Assembly (NCBI GenBank): GCA_964405665.1
Contig: CAYOOT010000004.1
Span: 8,053-72,052 of the forward strand
DNA length: 64,000 nucleotides
Direction: 5' to 3'
DNA from: an uncultured Bdellovibrionales bacterium
GTDB taxonomy: Bacteria > Bdellovibrionota_C > UBA2361 > SZUA-149 > CAZDWZ01
Part shown: positions 36,425-46,404 of the stretch, in pieces
Position numbering within the stretch: the stretch's first letter is position 1
How the letters are laid out: every line of letters begins with the position of its first letter
Program-made: the position numbers and the translations under genes
Notes under the pieces: generated by a model
Database searches by the model: none
Told to the model about the DNA's origin: nothing
What the model saw: only the letters and a program-made list of their open reading frames with translations

Positions 36425-37432
36425 ATGATTTTTGGCAAAAAAAATAATTCATTAGATGAAGATACTCTCCGAAATGAAACCCATGAACGCTATCGACAAA
36501 CTACTTCTTCAGCTTATAAATCTCCACTGCCTGATCCTTTGGAAAAAGTTGGTGAAGTGAAAATCAAAGGTCAAGCTGAATCAACACCCCAGTGGCCAAA
36601 TCCCCGCGCTAGTATTAAGCCTGAGCAAGAAATAGATCTGCAATCAAACAATCTCCTCTCTGAGGAAGCAGCAATAGAGCCTCTTTACAAACCGATAGTG
36701 AACAGCACGTCTTCCAAACTGGCACAGTTTGTTGCCACAGGTTTAAGTAACGTTGGACTTAAACAACAAAATAAAGTTGCCGAAAACATTAAGCCGCTAG
36801 AAACACCTAAGGTTAATGATTCTTATAAAGCTGCAATCAGCACTGCTTTTGCCAACACCAATGAAAATATCAAATTAACACCGGAAGATGAAATCAAGAA
36901 AAAATACGGATCAAATTTAAAATCAGCACTAGGACTAGGAACTATTATTGAAGGAACTTTTAGTTTTGAAACACCGGTATGCATTGAAGGAACTTTACTT
37001 GGTGAAATTCGCTCCAATAGTTTATTGATTGTTGGTCCGGAAGCCAGTGTCCAAGCAAAAATTAAAGTCGGAAGTTTAGTAGTGTATGGCGTTGTTCGGG
37101 GAGATGTTGAAGCTCAAGAACTGGTTAATATCAAAGAAAACGGAACTTTAGAGGGAAATGTGTTGGCAGAAAAACTTGCCATTGAAGAAGGTGGTTGGTT
37201 TCAAGGTCGTTGCATCCCTAGTGCTCCCTCAAAAATTTTAGAACAATTTAGCCGCAAAAGAAATAAAGAGAATGAGTCTGTGGAATCTCCCAATAACAAT
37301 AAGATCAGTTCCGAAACTAAAGCGACGCAACAAGAATTAAATATTCAAAAACTGCAAACGACTGAAGAAGATAACTTGCTGTTGCCTGAGGATCAAATTG
37401 AATTATCGTCTTTGGAAAAATGGAGCTTATAG
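36425..37432 (+). CDS. Bactofilin-domain (DUF583, CcmA-like) cytoskeletal protein with long disordered N- and C-terminal extensions
   Basis: Core GTIIEGTFSFETPVCIEGTLLGEIRSNSLLIVGPEASVQAKIKVGSLVVYGVVRGDVEAQELVNIKENGTLEGNVLAEKLAIEEGGWFQGRC shows the repetitive beta-helix pattern of bactofilins. Confidence 0.7.
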   Translation: MIFGKKNNSLDEDTLRNETHERYRQTTSSAYKSPLPDPLEKVGEVKIKGQAESTPQWPNPRASIKPEQEIDLQSNNLLSEEAAIEPLYKPIVNSTSSKLAQFVATGLSNVGLKQQNKVAENIKPLETPKVNDSYKAAISTAFANTNENIKLTPEDEIKKKYGSNLKSALGLGTIIEGTFSFETPVCIEGTLLGEIRSNSLLIVGPEASVQAKIKVGSLVVYGVVRGDVEAQELVNIKENGTLEGNVLAEKLAIEEGGWFQGRCIPSAPSKILEQFSRKRNKENESVESPNNNKISSETKATQQELNIQKLQTTEEDNLLLPEDQIELSSLEKWSL

Positions 37433-37480
37433 GTTCTTATTGCTGAGTTCTTAATCTAGCAAACTTTATTAGAAAGATTC

Positions 37481-37879
37481 TTACTCAGCAGCCACTTCTT
37501 GCTTCTCATTAGAAACAATCGCAGTACTTAAATCTTGAAACTTAGCTTGTTTAATTTTAGCAGCTTTTCCTCTTAATGAACGTAAGTAGTAAAGTTTAGC
37601 TTTACGAACATGTCCTCGTTGTTTAATTTCAATTTTTGCAACACGTGGAGAATGTAAGGGGAAAATCCTTTCGACGCCGACGTTATAGGAAACTTTTCTG
37701 ACGGTAACTGTCTCTGTAATTTTTCCACGATTGCGGCCAATCACTACACCTTCAAAAATCTGTGTTCTTTCTTTTTCGCCTTCAACAATTAGAAAGTGAA
37801 CTCTAACGGTATCCCCCACTCTAAAATCTGGAATGTCTTTTTTTAAATTCTCTGCGTTAATTTCTTCAATAATACTCAT
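37481..37879 (-). CDS. rplS: 50S ribosomal protein L19
   Basis: [59 protein letters not shown] is canonical L19. ORF-track start (38062) is too far upstream; ATG MSIIEE with GGTGGA RBS chosen. Confidence 0.85.
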   Translation of the reverse strand: MSIIEEINAENLKKDIPDFRVGDTVRVHFLIVEGEKERTQIFEGVVIGRNRGKITETVTVRKVSYNVGVERIFPLHSPRVAKIEIKQRGHVRKAKLYYLRSLRGKAAKIKQAKFQDLSTAIVSNEKQEVAAE

Positions 37880-38036
37880 CTCTTCCACCATTATTTTTGT
37901 TGCAAATCGGCCTAACTCTTTAAACCTATTGAAAATAAAAGTCAACTCTAGAACAATTTTCAAGATAGTAATATGCTTAAGAAGAAAAGTGTATTCATTG
38001 ATTAAGATATTATTTTTATTATACTTTATATAAAAA

Positions 38037-39296
38037 ATGCCATATTTAAGCATAGTTGCCATAGGAAATGAATTGGTTTCGGGGACAATCCTCGATAGTA
38101 ACAGTCAATTTTTATGTGCTGAATTAACTGCACTGGGCTTTCAGATTAAAAAAGTTCTTCTAGTGGGAGACAATATCAAAGAAATCTCTGCAGCAATTAA
38201 CGGAGAACTTGCGCAGTCTCAGTTAATAATTACTACTGGAGGTCTCGGACCAACTACAGACGATTTAACCCGCCAGGCGATAGCTCAAGTTGCCAACGTT
38301 GCGCTAAAGCTTAATCAAAAGGCCAAAGAGAAATTAATTGAACTTCTTGTTAAAAGAGGAAGAATTGCCAATGAAAATAATCTGCGGCAAGTAGAATTCC
38401 CCGAAGGTGCAGAAGTTATCAATAATGAACTGGGAACTGCTGATTCTTTTATCACCAAAATAAATAATGTTCCTATTATTTCTCTTCCCGGTGTTCCCCG
38501 AGAAATGAAACATATTTTTGTAAACAAACTTAAATTTTACTTGGAAAAAAATTTTAATTTAAAGCAAAAACCAGTTTCTTTAAGTTTCAGGGTCTTTGGT
38601 ATGGCTGAAGCAACTTTAGGAGAAAAAATTGAAGGGTTTAATTTGCCTGATTATATTGAAGTAGCTTATCGCCCGAATTTTCCTGACATTATTATTACTT
38701 TAAAAAATCTGGCAACCACAGATAATCAAGAAAGAACCTCTGAACTAGAAAAAATTTACCCCAGCTTAATCAGGCATCTTGGCGAAAATTTCGTTTACTC
38801 CAGAAAAGAAAAAGATTCTCTGGCTAATGTTGTTGCTAATTTACTAATTGCCAAAAAACAAACTCTGGCACTTGCTGAATCCTGCAGTGGCGGTTTGCTT
38901 GCAGATTCTTTGATCTCCATTCCCGGTGCTTCAGAATTCTTACTTTCTTCGATAGTCTCTTACAGTAACGAGGCAAAAATAAAACTACTTGGCGTGAATC
39001 CGGAAACAATAAAAACTTGCGGTGCAGTAAGCAAGGAAACAGCTCTAGAAATGGTTAAGGGGATCAAAGCAAAATTAGCTTCTGATTTTGCTCTTTCCAT
39101 AACAGGTATTGCCGGCCCCGATGGTGCTAGTGTCGAAAAACCGATAGGAACTTTTTGGGTAGGTTTAGCCACAGCTGATTCCGCAGTTGCTTTTAAATAT
39201 TGTTACCCTCAAGAAAGAAATATTTTCCGGATAATGACTGTAGCAACTGCTCTTAATTTGCTAAGAAAACAATTATTAGGCTTAGAGTTGGAATAA
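38037..39296 (+). CDS. cinA: CinA-family competence/damage-inducible protein (MoCF-type domain + PncC-like NMN deamidase domain)
   Basis: [30 protein letters not shown]...[15 protein letters not shown]-terminal signature; C-terminal CinA domain [13 protein letters not shown]. Stop TAA lies in the MITE terminus. Confidence 0.85.
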   Translation: MPYLSIVAIGNELVSGTILDSNSQFLCAELTALGFQIKKVLLVGDNIKEISAAINGELAQSQLIITTGGLGPTTDDLTRQAIAQVANVALKLNQKAKEKLIELLVKRGRIANENNLRQVEFPEGAEVINNELGTADSFITKINNVPIISLPGVPREMKHIFVNKLKFYLEKNFNLKQKPVSLSFRVFGMAEATLGEKIEGFNLPDYIEVAYRPNFPDIIITLKNLATTDNQERTSELEKIYPSLIRHLGENFVYSRKEKDSLANVVANLLIAKKQTLALAESCSGGLLADSLISIPGASEFLLSSIVSYSNEAKIKLLGVNPETIKTCGAVSKETALEMVKGIKAKLASDFALSITGIAGPDGASVEKPIGTFWVGLATADSAVAFKYCYPQERNIFRIMTVATALNLLRKQLLGLELE

Positions 39297-39372
39297 TTCT
39301 CCTTTTTTTTCGCATATCACTATAAGTATTACTGGAATTTATGCAGCGTGCGAATAAGGGGAGAATTAATTA
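39294..39372. repeat. Palindromic MITE-like element, family B, copy 3
   Basis: TAATTCTCC(T)9CGCATATCACTATAAGTATTACTGGAATTTATGCAGCGTGCGAATAAGGGGAGAATTAATT. Both TAA termini serve as stop codons of convergent flanking genes (cinA + and 39366..39839 -). Confidence 0.75.
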
Positions 39373-39839
39373 TAGGCTTGGATTTTTGGCTCCACAGTTT
39401 CTTCTTCGGGGGCTTTTAATAAACTACTAAAAGAACTATTTTTCTTGATATTTCCTTTGAAATAAATTGCTCCTTTTTGTTCTGCTTCCCCTTCCGGAAC
39501 CTCTATACCCTGACTGATCATTTCATCTTCCAAAGGATGTAAAGTTTTTAGACTACAAACATGTTTACCAAAAAAACTTTCTGTCGATCGCTGAAAACCT
39601 CTACAAAAAAGAGATTGGTACCAAGTTAATTTGGGATTTTCATACCGGGTTTCCACATTGTTTGTTTCTCCGGTCATTTCATCATAACTGGAAGTATATA
39701 CTTTGGTCTCTCCTTGTGCTTCCTTTTCCCGACTACTTGCCTTAAAATACATAATCATATTCAAAGCAAATATCGCTCCCCCAATAGTCATGATAAAAAT
39801 ATGTTGGGGAGTAAGATCCGTTGCTAATTTTAACTTCAT
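39366..39839 (-). CDS. Hypothetical N-terminally anchored protein (157 aa)
   Basis: ORF with TM IFIMTIGGAIFALNMIMYF, acidic C-terminus. Confidence 0.35.
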   Translation of the reverse strand: MKLKLATDLTPQHIFIMTIGGAIFALNMIMYFKASSREKEAQGETKVYTSSYDEMTGETNNVETRYENPKLTWYQSLFCRGFQRSTESFFGKHVCSLKTLHPLEDEMISQGIEVPEGEAEQKGAIYFKGNIKKNSSFSSLLKAPEEETVEPKIQAYN

Positions 39840-39851
39840 AAAAGCTCCTGA

Positions 39852-40454
39852 TTAAAATCTATTATCCAGAGTTACCTTATTATTAATTGCTGGATTATTT
39901 GTGGATTTATAAACATTATAATCCGCCGTTTTTTCAGTTTGCATGTTAACTTGATCGACCAATGTCTTATAGTATTCTGGGGACATTGCACCTTTATTTA
40001 ATTGGGCTGCCGGGTTTTCTGCAACAGTTGCTTGTTGTTGTTTTTGTTGTTCTTCTTTGATTGCTTCTAATTGTAATTGTTGCTCGATATCTTGAGTTTC
40101 CTTGGGTTCGATACTGGGAGCAGTTGCCTGAGTTTGACTATTGGAGGTGCTTTGTTGATCCGTAGAAGCTGTAAAATCAGACCCTGATTGTTCCGAAGAA
40201 ACATTTTCTTGATTAGAAGGAACAATTAATGAGCTTTTTTTCTTTTTATCGTCAGTGTTTTTTTGAATTTGACTATAATCAAATTCATTTGTTTTTTGAG
40301 TATTTTTTTTCCTTGCTCCTCCCACCTCTAAACCGGCAAATGTACTTCCGGCAGCTGCATTTTTATCAAACAGAGAATCTGCTGCATTCTGAGCAAAAAC
40401 AAAAGCAGGTGCGAAAAAGACAATTGATAAAAATAAAAAAAATAGTTTTTGCAT
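39852..40454 (-). CDS. Secreted low-complexity (Q/S/T/K-rich) protein (200 aa)
   Basis: Signal peptide MQKLFFLFLSIVFFAPAFVFA|QNA; compositionally biased remainder. Confidence 0.4.
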   Translation of the reverse strand: MQKLFFLFLSIVFFAPAFVFAQNAADSLFDKNAAAGSTFAGLEVGGARKKNTQKTNEFDYSQIQKNTDDKKKKSSLIVPSNQENVSSEQSGSDFTASTDQQSTSNSQTQATAPSIEPKETQDIEQQLQLEAIKEEQQKQQQATVAENPAAQLNKGAMSPEYYKTLVDQVNMQTEKTADYNVYKSTNNPAINNKVTLDNRF

Positions 40455-40559
40455 AAATCCTGATTTTGGAACCTTTAAGATGTTATGCTGAAATTTAGAC
40501 TTGCTGTAGCATAGCTTTTGAGAACCAAAAAAATTGGATAACTACCTTATTTTATTGCT

Positions 40560-41327
40560 TTATTTAAAGTTGGCTTTCCAGAGTAATTCAAAAATAGCTC
40601 GCAAATTTGCCGATAAAATCGCATCTTTCATTTGAATTACATAATGTGGTTTTTGGTTGGTAATCCCCATGATAATATATTCCCCATAAAGCCAAATACT
40701 ACTGGAAAATACAATGCCTTCCGGCAAAGTTTTAATTTCTCGATTTGATACTTTTCTGCTTCGTTCTTTTTTCAAATCTATTTTATTAGAAAAAAGACAA
40801 ATTTTTTCTTCTTCATTTTTTTGTGTCCAAACATATTGATGCCATTCCGGATATCCGTCGACAAAACTTGAATCTTGATAACCAAGAACTGTCTTGTTCC
40901 CATCTTTGGCGCAACTCTCCCTCCAAAGTGGCAAATTACGATAGAGCATTTGTTCAATTGATTGTTTGCCTTCGAAAATTTGCACTTTGGGAATGCTATA
41001 ATGGGTGTTTTTAATATAGCCTTGGAGCAAATCCATTAGATTGGCAGCAATTTTTTTCTTTGATTGGGCTTCATATTCTTGTTTTTCAAAAATGCGCAAA
41101 AACGATTCCGGATTGCTGATCACAAAAAAACTACTGGTTTGAGTTTGTTCCTTAATGACGACACCCTTTTCAATTAATGAATCAAGAATACCATAGAGAG
41201 TTGCTCTGGGGATTCCAGTTCGTTTGCAAAGAGTAGTTGCAACAGCTCTGCCAATTTCTGCAAGAGCAACATAAACTGTCGCTTCTTTTTCAGTTAACCC
41301 CAGTTCCTTTAATTGATTTTTCAACAT
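40560..41327 (-). CDS. TrmB-like HTH transcriptional regulator
   Basis: N-terminal LTEKEATVYVALAEIGRAVATTLCKRTGIPRATLYGILDSLIEKGVV winged-helix of TrmB type. Confidence 0.5.
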   Translation of the reverse strand: MLKNQLKELGLTEKEATVYVALAEIGRAVATTLCKRTGIPRATLYGILDSLIEKGVVIKEQTQTSSFFVISNPESFLRIFEKQEYEAQSKKKIAANLMDLLQGYIKNTHYSIPKVQIFEGKQSIEQMLYRNLPLWRESCAKDGNKTVLGYQDSSFVDGYPEWHQYVWTQKNEEEKICLFSNKIDLKKERSRKVSNREIKTLPEGIVFSSSIWLYGEYIIMGITNQKPHYVIQMKDAILSANLRAIFELLWKANFK

Positions 41328-41537
41328 AAATCCCTCTAAAGAAATATTGTCGAATTATGTCGACATTATAACTCTATATTTTTCTTATTTATTTTGCATA
41401 AAAATACATTGTTGTCAAAAAACTATAGATTAAACATTTCTTTAGGTTTATAATGCAAAATAAGATTGAATAAACTTAAGGGTCTGTAACCAAAGACATC
41501 TGTCAGCAAAAACAGACTCTCAAACAGGAGAAAAATA

Positions 41538-41867
41538 ATGAGACAAGCAATAGCTTATCCATTAGAAAAAGAGAGTTCCAATCTATTAAAGTTATTGTCA
41601 CAACTAATTGCGGCAAATGAACAAATCTCTCAATCTCCAATAAAGAAAAAAACTGAATATTGCTATCTACGTCTTAAACTTACGAAAGAATTTTTTAATG
41701 ACGAAGCAAAAAAACGCCTCTCAAAAATAGGCTTAGAATGCATCGACCAGATAAAACCTTTTGAAGCTTACGGAATTATCAGAAATGAAGCTAAACTTCT
41801 AATTGATATCCAAAGAGATCCCATAATATTTAAGGTCGAAGAAGAAGAACCAGCTTCGGCTAAATGA
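41538..41867 (+). CDS. Hypothetical protein (109 aa)
   Basis: ORF with AGGAGA RBS (ACAGGAGAAAAATAATG). No recognisable domain. Confidence 0.35.
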   Translation: MRQAIAYPLEKESSNLLKLLSQLIAANEQISQSPIKKKTEYCYLRLKLTKEFFNDEAKKRLSKIGLECIDQIKPFEAYGIIRNEAKLLIDIQRDPIIFKVEEEEPASAK

Positions 41868-41944
41868 TAAATGTAACGGAATATCTGTAGGGGCAAGGCT
41901 TGTCCCTACAATCTAAAGAGCAAACTTTAATGTAAGGCAAGATA

Positions 41945-42242
41945 CGTTCGGAGCGCGGACTTTAGTCCGCTTATTACCAAAACTCTAAGACTATCTTTAT
42001 TTGGCTTCTCTAAATTTCTTTTTTCTTTTTAAAAATCTATTTGATAATAAGCGGACTAAAGGGCATCTCTAAAAATTAGGTAGAATAATTGTTTGGGATG
42101 TTTAAATTACGAAAATTTAATTTGTAGGGGCACCCTTTATGTGTGCCCGGCGGACCAAATAGCCAAAATAAAATATTTGTAAGAAACGGATGTTTGTTTT
42201 GTCGAATTTTTAGAGATGCCCTAAAGTCCGCGCTCCGCGTAT
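41945..42242. repeat. Composite/nested palindromic repeat cluster (outer ACGTTCGGAGCGCGGACTTT...AAAGTCCGCGCTCCGCGTAT; inner AATAAGCGGACTAAAGGGCATCTCTAAAAATT...AATTTTTAGAGATGCCCTAAAGTCCGC; half family-A element at 42123-42150)
   Basis: Direct reading of inverted repeats. Three repeat families are nested within ~300 bp of non-coding DNA. Confidence 0.65.
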
Positions 42243-42447
42243 CTGCTTAAGAACAAAACTTAATATGTAAAAAAAGCGTTTCTTTATTTAAAACAGCAAT
42301 TTTCAGTCTTTTGCTTTTAAAAGTAATTAGTTATCACACAAAATTTTGAATTTTTATCTTTCCATCTTAACCGGCATAACTTTTGAAAAAGGCTATACAT
42401 TCTAAATTAATCAGGTAAAATATAAAAAGTTTTCAAGGGAAAAACAG

Positions 42448-43446
42448 ATGTTAGAATTGAATATTGAAAATAAAGATCAATTACAAAAATATCTCGTTGA
42501 AAAGGGCTATCTTGAAGTCAAGCAAAATGCCGAAATAAAAATTCTCAATGCCGGTTTTTCCAGTCGGATAGTTTCAGTGGAACTTCCTAACGGTTTAACT
42601 TGGGTGATTAAACAACCATTAGCCAAATTACGTCTGGATGTTGATTTGTTTTGTAGTACGGAGAGAGTCCATAATGAAGCCTTAGGTATAAAATGGCTTT
42701 CAGAATTAGCTCCTGCCGGCACAATTCCTGCTTTAATTTTTGAAGATTTTTCCAATAATCTTTTGGTAATGAATGCTGTTCCCGAACCGTATTCTATCTG
42801 GAAGACACTCTTTCTTACAGAATCTCTTAAACCCGATCATCTCATCCAATATGCAAAAATTATAGCAGCAATTCATAAAAATAGTTTTGAACTAAGTAGC
42901 AATCTTTCAAAAATATTTTATGATCGCGGTTTTTTTGAATCTCTAGTGATTGAACCATATTATATTTATACTGCTGCAAAGATTCCTGCAGCAGCAAAAT
43001 TTCTCAATAATTTAATTAGCGAAACAAGAAATGTGCGTTTATGCCTAGTCCATGGCGATTATTGTCCAGAAAATATTTTAATTCATAAAGATCGTTTAAT
43101 TTTAGTTGATCAAGAAGTAGTTCATTGGGGAGATCCCGCCTTTGACCTTGGTTTTTCTTTGTCTCATTTTTTAAACAAAAATTATAGAGAAGATTTGATT
43201 GAGGGAATAAGATTATATTGGAAAGTTTATTCTAGTAATCTTGTTGATATTTTTCCTGCTTCTTTTGAAGCGCGAATAGTAAAACATATCCTGGCTTGCT
43301 TATTAGCAAGAGTGACGGGACCTTTTAAACCAGAAATTTTAAGTAATGAAGAAAAAATTTCACAAAAAAATATGATTTTATCGATGATGGCCCATCCGGC
43401 AAATTCCATTGAGGATCTGTTACTGGATTTGAGTAAAAATAAATAA
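42448..43446 (+). CDS. Phosphotransferase-family kinase (APH/ChoK/MTR-kinase-like)
   Basis: Catalytic loop LVHGDYCPENILI and D-x-E motif LVDQEVVHWGDPAFDLG. Confidence 0.65.
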   Translation: MLELNIENKDQLQKYLVEKGYLEVKQNAEIKILNAGFSSRIVSVELPNGLTWVIKQPLAKLRLDVDLFCSTERVHNEALGIKWLSELAPAGTIPALIFEDFSNNLLVMNAVPEPYSIWKTLFLTESLKPDHLIQYAKIIAAIHKNSFELSSNLSKIFYDRGFFESLVIEPYYIYTAAKIPAAAKFLNNLISETRNVRLCLVHGDYCPENILIHKDRLILVDQEVVHWGDPAFDLGFSLSHFLNKNYREDLIEGIRLYWKVYSSNLVDIFPASFEARIVKHILACLLARVTGPFKPEILSNEEKISQKNMILSMMAHPANSIEDLLLDLSKNK

Positions 43447-43494
43447 TTCAGACGTTAAATGGCTGCAAAATTATCTAACGCTATTAGCGAAATC

Positions 43495-43690
43495 AAAATT
43501 ACCTATCATTGTGAGCGAAGCGAAATAAAACCACCCGTCTTGCGAGAAAAGCGAAGACAGAATAACCTGTCGTTGCGAGCGAAGCGAAGCAATCTCCTAG
43601 TGTTTACCCAAATTAGTCCTGCATGAATACAAGGAGATTGCTTCAGTCGCTTCGCTCCTTCGCAACGACAGGTAGTTTCAAAGTTCAACT
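43495..43690. repeat. Palindromic repeat family C (GTCGTTGCGAGCGAAGCGAAGCAATCTCC ... GGAGATTGCTTCAGTCGCTTCGCTCCTTCGCAACGACAGG)
   Basis: Long imperfect inverted repeats. A related copy is embedded in the composite element at 48710-48870. Confidence 0.65.
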
Positions 43691-44178
43691 TTAATTGGGA
43701 ACAGAACAACTATGAACCTTTTGATATTCAACCTTAGCACTTGGCTCAAAAAGCAAAACATTTCCTTTGATTTTTTCCAAATGATCCTCAACTAAAGCAG
43801 CTTCAATTCCTGGGGGAACATAGGCCACATAAAGGGCTCGTTTAGTTTTTGCTGAAATTGGTGTTCGTTGGTCTTGTCCATAAATAATAGTACAAACCAC
43901 ACCAGCAAGGTCTTTCATCATCATATCGTTTGCTTTAAGCGTTCTTGGAGTTCCATTCATCTGCGTAAACTCTTCGTTACCAACAGTTACATCAATGGAA
44001 ATTGGCATATTTAATAAATCAGCATCATGACCGGCAGTTAAAATCATAGTTTCCAATTCTGCAGCAAAGTTCGCATCAACAAGTGGATTTACATTGGGCA
44101 ATGGAAATACCCTTCATTGGTGCCCGTAACTAAGGTTCCATCGAAATCAAAAATAACTGCAGGGATAATAGATTTCAT
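43691..44178 (-). pseudogene. HAD-superfamily hydrolase-like gene interrupted by a frameshift
   Basis: Reverse strand from ATG at ~44176-44178 encodes MKSIIPAVIFDFDGTLVTGTNEGYFHCPM* (HAD motif I DFDGTL) and stops at TAA. The 136-aa ORF 43691..44101 continues in the +1 frame from a TTG. Confidence 0.35.
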
Positions 44179-44234
44179 ATATTCATAATATGATAAAGAC
44201 TATAGAAAAGGCTAGTTCAAAAATATAGAATAAG

Positions 44235-45644
44235 TTGATGAAATTTTCTAAAAAAACATCTGGTTCAAAAATTAAACTTCTCCTGGAAGGGATTGCACTC
44301 TTTGTTAGTTTGATCTTCTTATTAGTTCTTTGTCTGCCCTTTTTTTCTCCTCAATTACTGAATTTTTTTCTACGCAATAAAGGAATTGAATTTGGAGAAT
44401 GTCCTATTAATAAGACCAAGTCATTGAAACTTCAAAGTCCTGAATGTACTTTTTCTTTTCCTCTAGCAGAAGGTCGGGTTCAAGTAATGGCTAAGGAAAT
44501 CGAAATTAGTTATATAAACAATACGACATTTCCCGTTCTGAATGTAGATTCTGTGGTGATCGAATTGCCTGATGTCATAAAAAAAATGGATTCAAACAAA
44601 AAGAGTTCTTTTAAAGATCTTAATTTCCCTTTTTCTGAGTTTCATCTTAAAAAAGGTTATTTGCATATTGAAAAAAATCCAGTTGCCGAATTTAATACCG
44701 ATCTATTTGATTTATCAGGAAGTAATCATGGTTCGGCAAAAGTAAATCTCCATCCTATTAATTTGCAAAAAGATACTTTATTAAAGCCCTATCTTGAAAA
44801 ATTAAAATTACCTTTGCAAATAAATGAAGGAACGATTGATCTTGATGCCGATTTATCGATCAAAGATTTGGATTTGGATAAAAATTCTACTGTTACAATC
44901 ACAGCTCATAAAGTATCCGGGCAATACAATGAATTTGAATTCAATAACTTAAACTTCAATAACCTTACATTTACGAATTATCCCCTTTGGGAAATTAAAA
45001 AACCTACACCGGTTAGTATTCAAAGTATTGATACTAATACAGGTATCTCTGTAGAAAAAATTCAACTTAGACTAGGCATGAACAAAAAGACAGAAGAAAC
45101 GTCGAAGCTGCTAATGGAAGCAGTAAAAGCAGATATATTTGGAGGACAAATTTCCTCAGAACATATTGTTATTGAGGATTCTAAACCGCAACCCTTTATT
45201 CTTGATTTAACTGCAGTTGATCTTTCGCTTCTTCTGGGACTAAGTGGAAAATCAATCACTGGTACAGGAAAAATATCGGGGAAATTACCTATAAATTTTG
45301 AAGATCAAAAGCTCAGTGTAAAAAACGGATTTTTGCAGGCATTGGCCCCCGGTGGTGAAATTCATTATACTCCTACCACTGAAGCCTTAGAAACAGTAAA
45401 GCAAGATCAAAATACAAGTTCCGCCTTAAAAGCTTTAGAAGAGTTTTATTACGATCAGATGGAAATAAAATTGCAGTATGATCAAAAAGGAATTTTACTG
45501 GCCAATATTTCTCTGCAAGGAAAAAATCCCAAAATCTTTAATGGACGAAAAATACAGTTTAATATTAATGTAGAGGAAAACATTCTTTCTCTCTTAAAAA
45601 GCCTTCGTTTAGCAACGCAGGTAAAAAAAAGAGGATTGGGTTAA
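44235..45644 (+). CDS. YdbH-like (AsmA-family) inner-membrane-anchored protein, short form (469 aa)
   Basis: N-terminal TM LLLEGIALFVSLIFLLVLCLPFF. Gene order with the following ynbE- and ydbL-like genes mirrors E. coli ydbH-ynbE-ydbL. Confidence 0.45.
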   Translation: MMKFSKKTSGSKIKLLLEGIALFVSLIFLLVLCLPFFSPQLLNFFLRNKGIEFGECPINKTKSLKLQSPECTFSFPLAEGRVQVMAKEIEISYINNTTFPVLNVDSVVIELPDVIKKMDSNKKSSFKDLNFPFSEFHLKKGYLHIEKNPVAEFNTDLFDLSGSNHGSAKVNLHPINLQKDTLLKPYLEKLKLPLQINEGTIDLDADLSIKDLDLDKNSTVTITAHKVSGQYNEFEFNNLNFNNLTFTNYPLWEIKKPTPVSIQSIDTNTGISVEKIQLRLGMNKKTEETSKLLMEAVKADIFGGQISSEHIVIEDSKPQPFILDLTAVDLSLLLGLSGKSITGTGKISGKLPINFEDQKLSVKNGFLQALAPGGEIHYTPTTEALETVKQDQNTSSALKALEEFYYDQMEIKLQYDQKGILLANISLQGKNPKIFNGRKIQFNINVEENILSLLKSLRLATQVKKRGLG

Positions 45645-45676
45645 TTAACATCAATAATATTTATATAACAAAATTT

Positions 45677-45862
45677 ATGAAAATTTTTATTTTAATATCC
45701 TTCTTAATGATCGGAGTTAGTTGTAGTCCTACGGTTAGAGTAGAACCTTCTGACAAACCAATTACTATCAATTTAAATGTTAAAATCGAACATGAAGTCA
45801 GAGTAAAGATTGATAAACAATTAGAAAACGAAGTTTTTAGCAAAGACAGTAAATTATTTTAG
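45677..45862 (+). CDS. YnbE-like small lipoprotein (61 aa)
   Basis: Lipobox IGVSC|S; PTVRVEPSDKPITINLNVKIEHEVRVKIDKQLE resembles the YnbE family. Confidence 0.55.
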   Translation: MKIFILISFLMIGVSCSPTVRVEPSDKPITINLNVKIEHEVRVKIDKQLENEVFSKDSKLF

Positions 45863-45879
45863 TAAGTTAGGAGAAAAAC

Positions 45880-46218
45880 ATGAATACAAAATTTAAAGCA
45901 ATTTTTTTGTTTATCTTAATAAGTTTTTTCGGATTAATTTCTCAAGCTCAAGCTTTAGAACTCGATCAAGCAAAAGCTCAGGGACTTGTTGGAGAAACTG
46001 TAGCTGGCTATATTGCCGCAGTTAAGGCGCCTAGTGCTGAAGTCCAACAATTAATCAACAAAGTTAACGCTGAAAGAAAAGAACGCTATCAAAAAATTGC
46101 TGGTAAGAACCAAACTCCAGTAGCTGCTGTGGAGGCACTTGCCGGCCAAAAAGCACTTGAGTTAACTCAAAGTGGACAATATATCCAAAATCAAAATGGT
46201 AAGTGGGTTAAGAAATAG
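45880..46218 (+). CDS. YdbL-like periplasmic protein (DUF1318)
   Basis: Signal peptide then LELDQAKAQGLVGETVAGYIAAVKAPSAEVQQLINKVNAERKERYQKIA, typical of DUF1318/YdbL. GGAG RBS upstream. Confidence 0.65.
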   Translation: MNTKFKAIFLFILISFFGLISQAQALELDQAKAQGLVGETVAGYIAAVKAPSAEVQQLINKVNAERKERYQKIAGKNQTPVAAVEALAGQKALELTQSGQYIQNQNGKWVKK

Positions 46219-46234
46219 ATTCATAAATAAGAAG

Positions 46235-46289
46235 ATCCTGTGTTCACTTTCTCAACATTGAGGAAATGAACACAGGATTTAATATTTTC
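46235..46289 (+). terminator. Rho-independent terminator hairpin after the ydbH-ynbE-ydbL operon
   Basis: ATCCTGTGTTCA-(loop)-TGAACACAGGAT, a 12-bp stem, followed by TTAATATTTTC. Confidence 0.6.
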
Positions 46290-46404
46290 TAAAAGTTATG
46301 TTCGTAGTAACAAACACAACTTTTGAAAATATTAAAAAACTAGGGGCCTACATCCAACAACAAACAACGAATGTAAACCCCTAGAACTAACGGAGACCTT
46401 TTAC

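Noticed and set aside
43506-43709. 67-aa ORF on the minus strand (MFCSQLKLNF...)
   Set aside because: It lies entirely inside the family-C palindromic repeat. Its composition is driven by the CGAAGCGAAG repeat units, so it is almost certainly not a gene.
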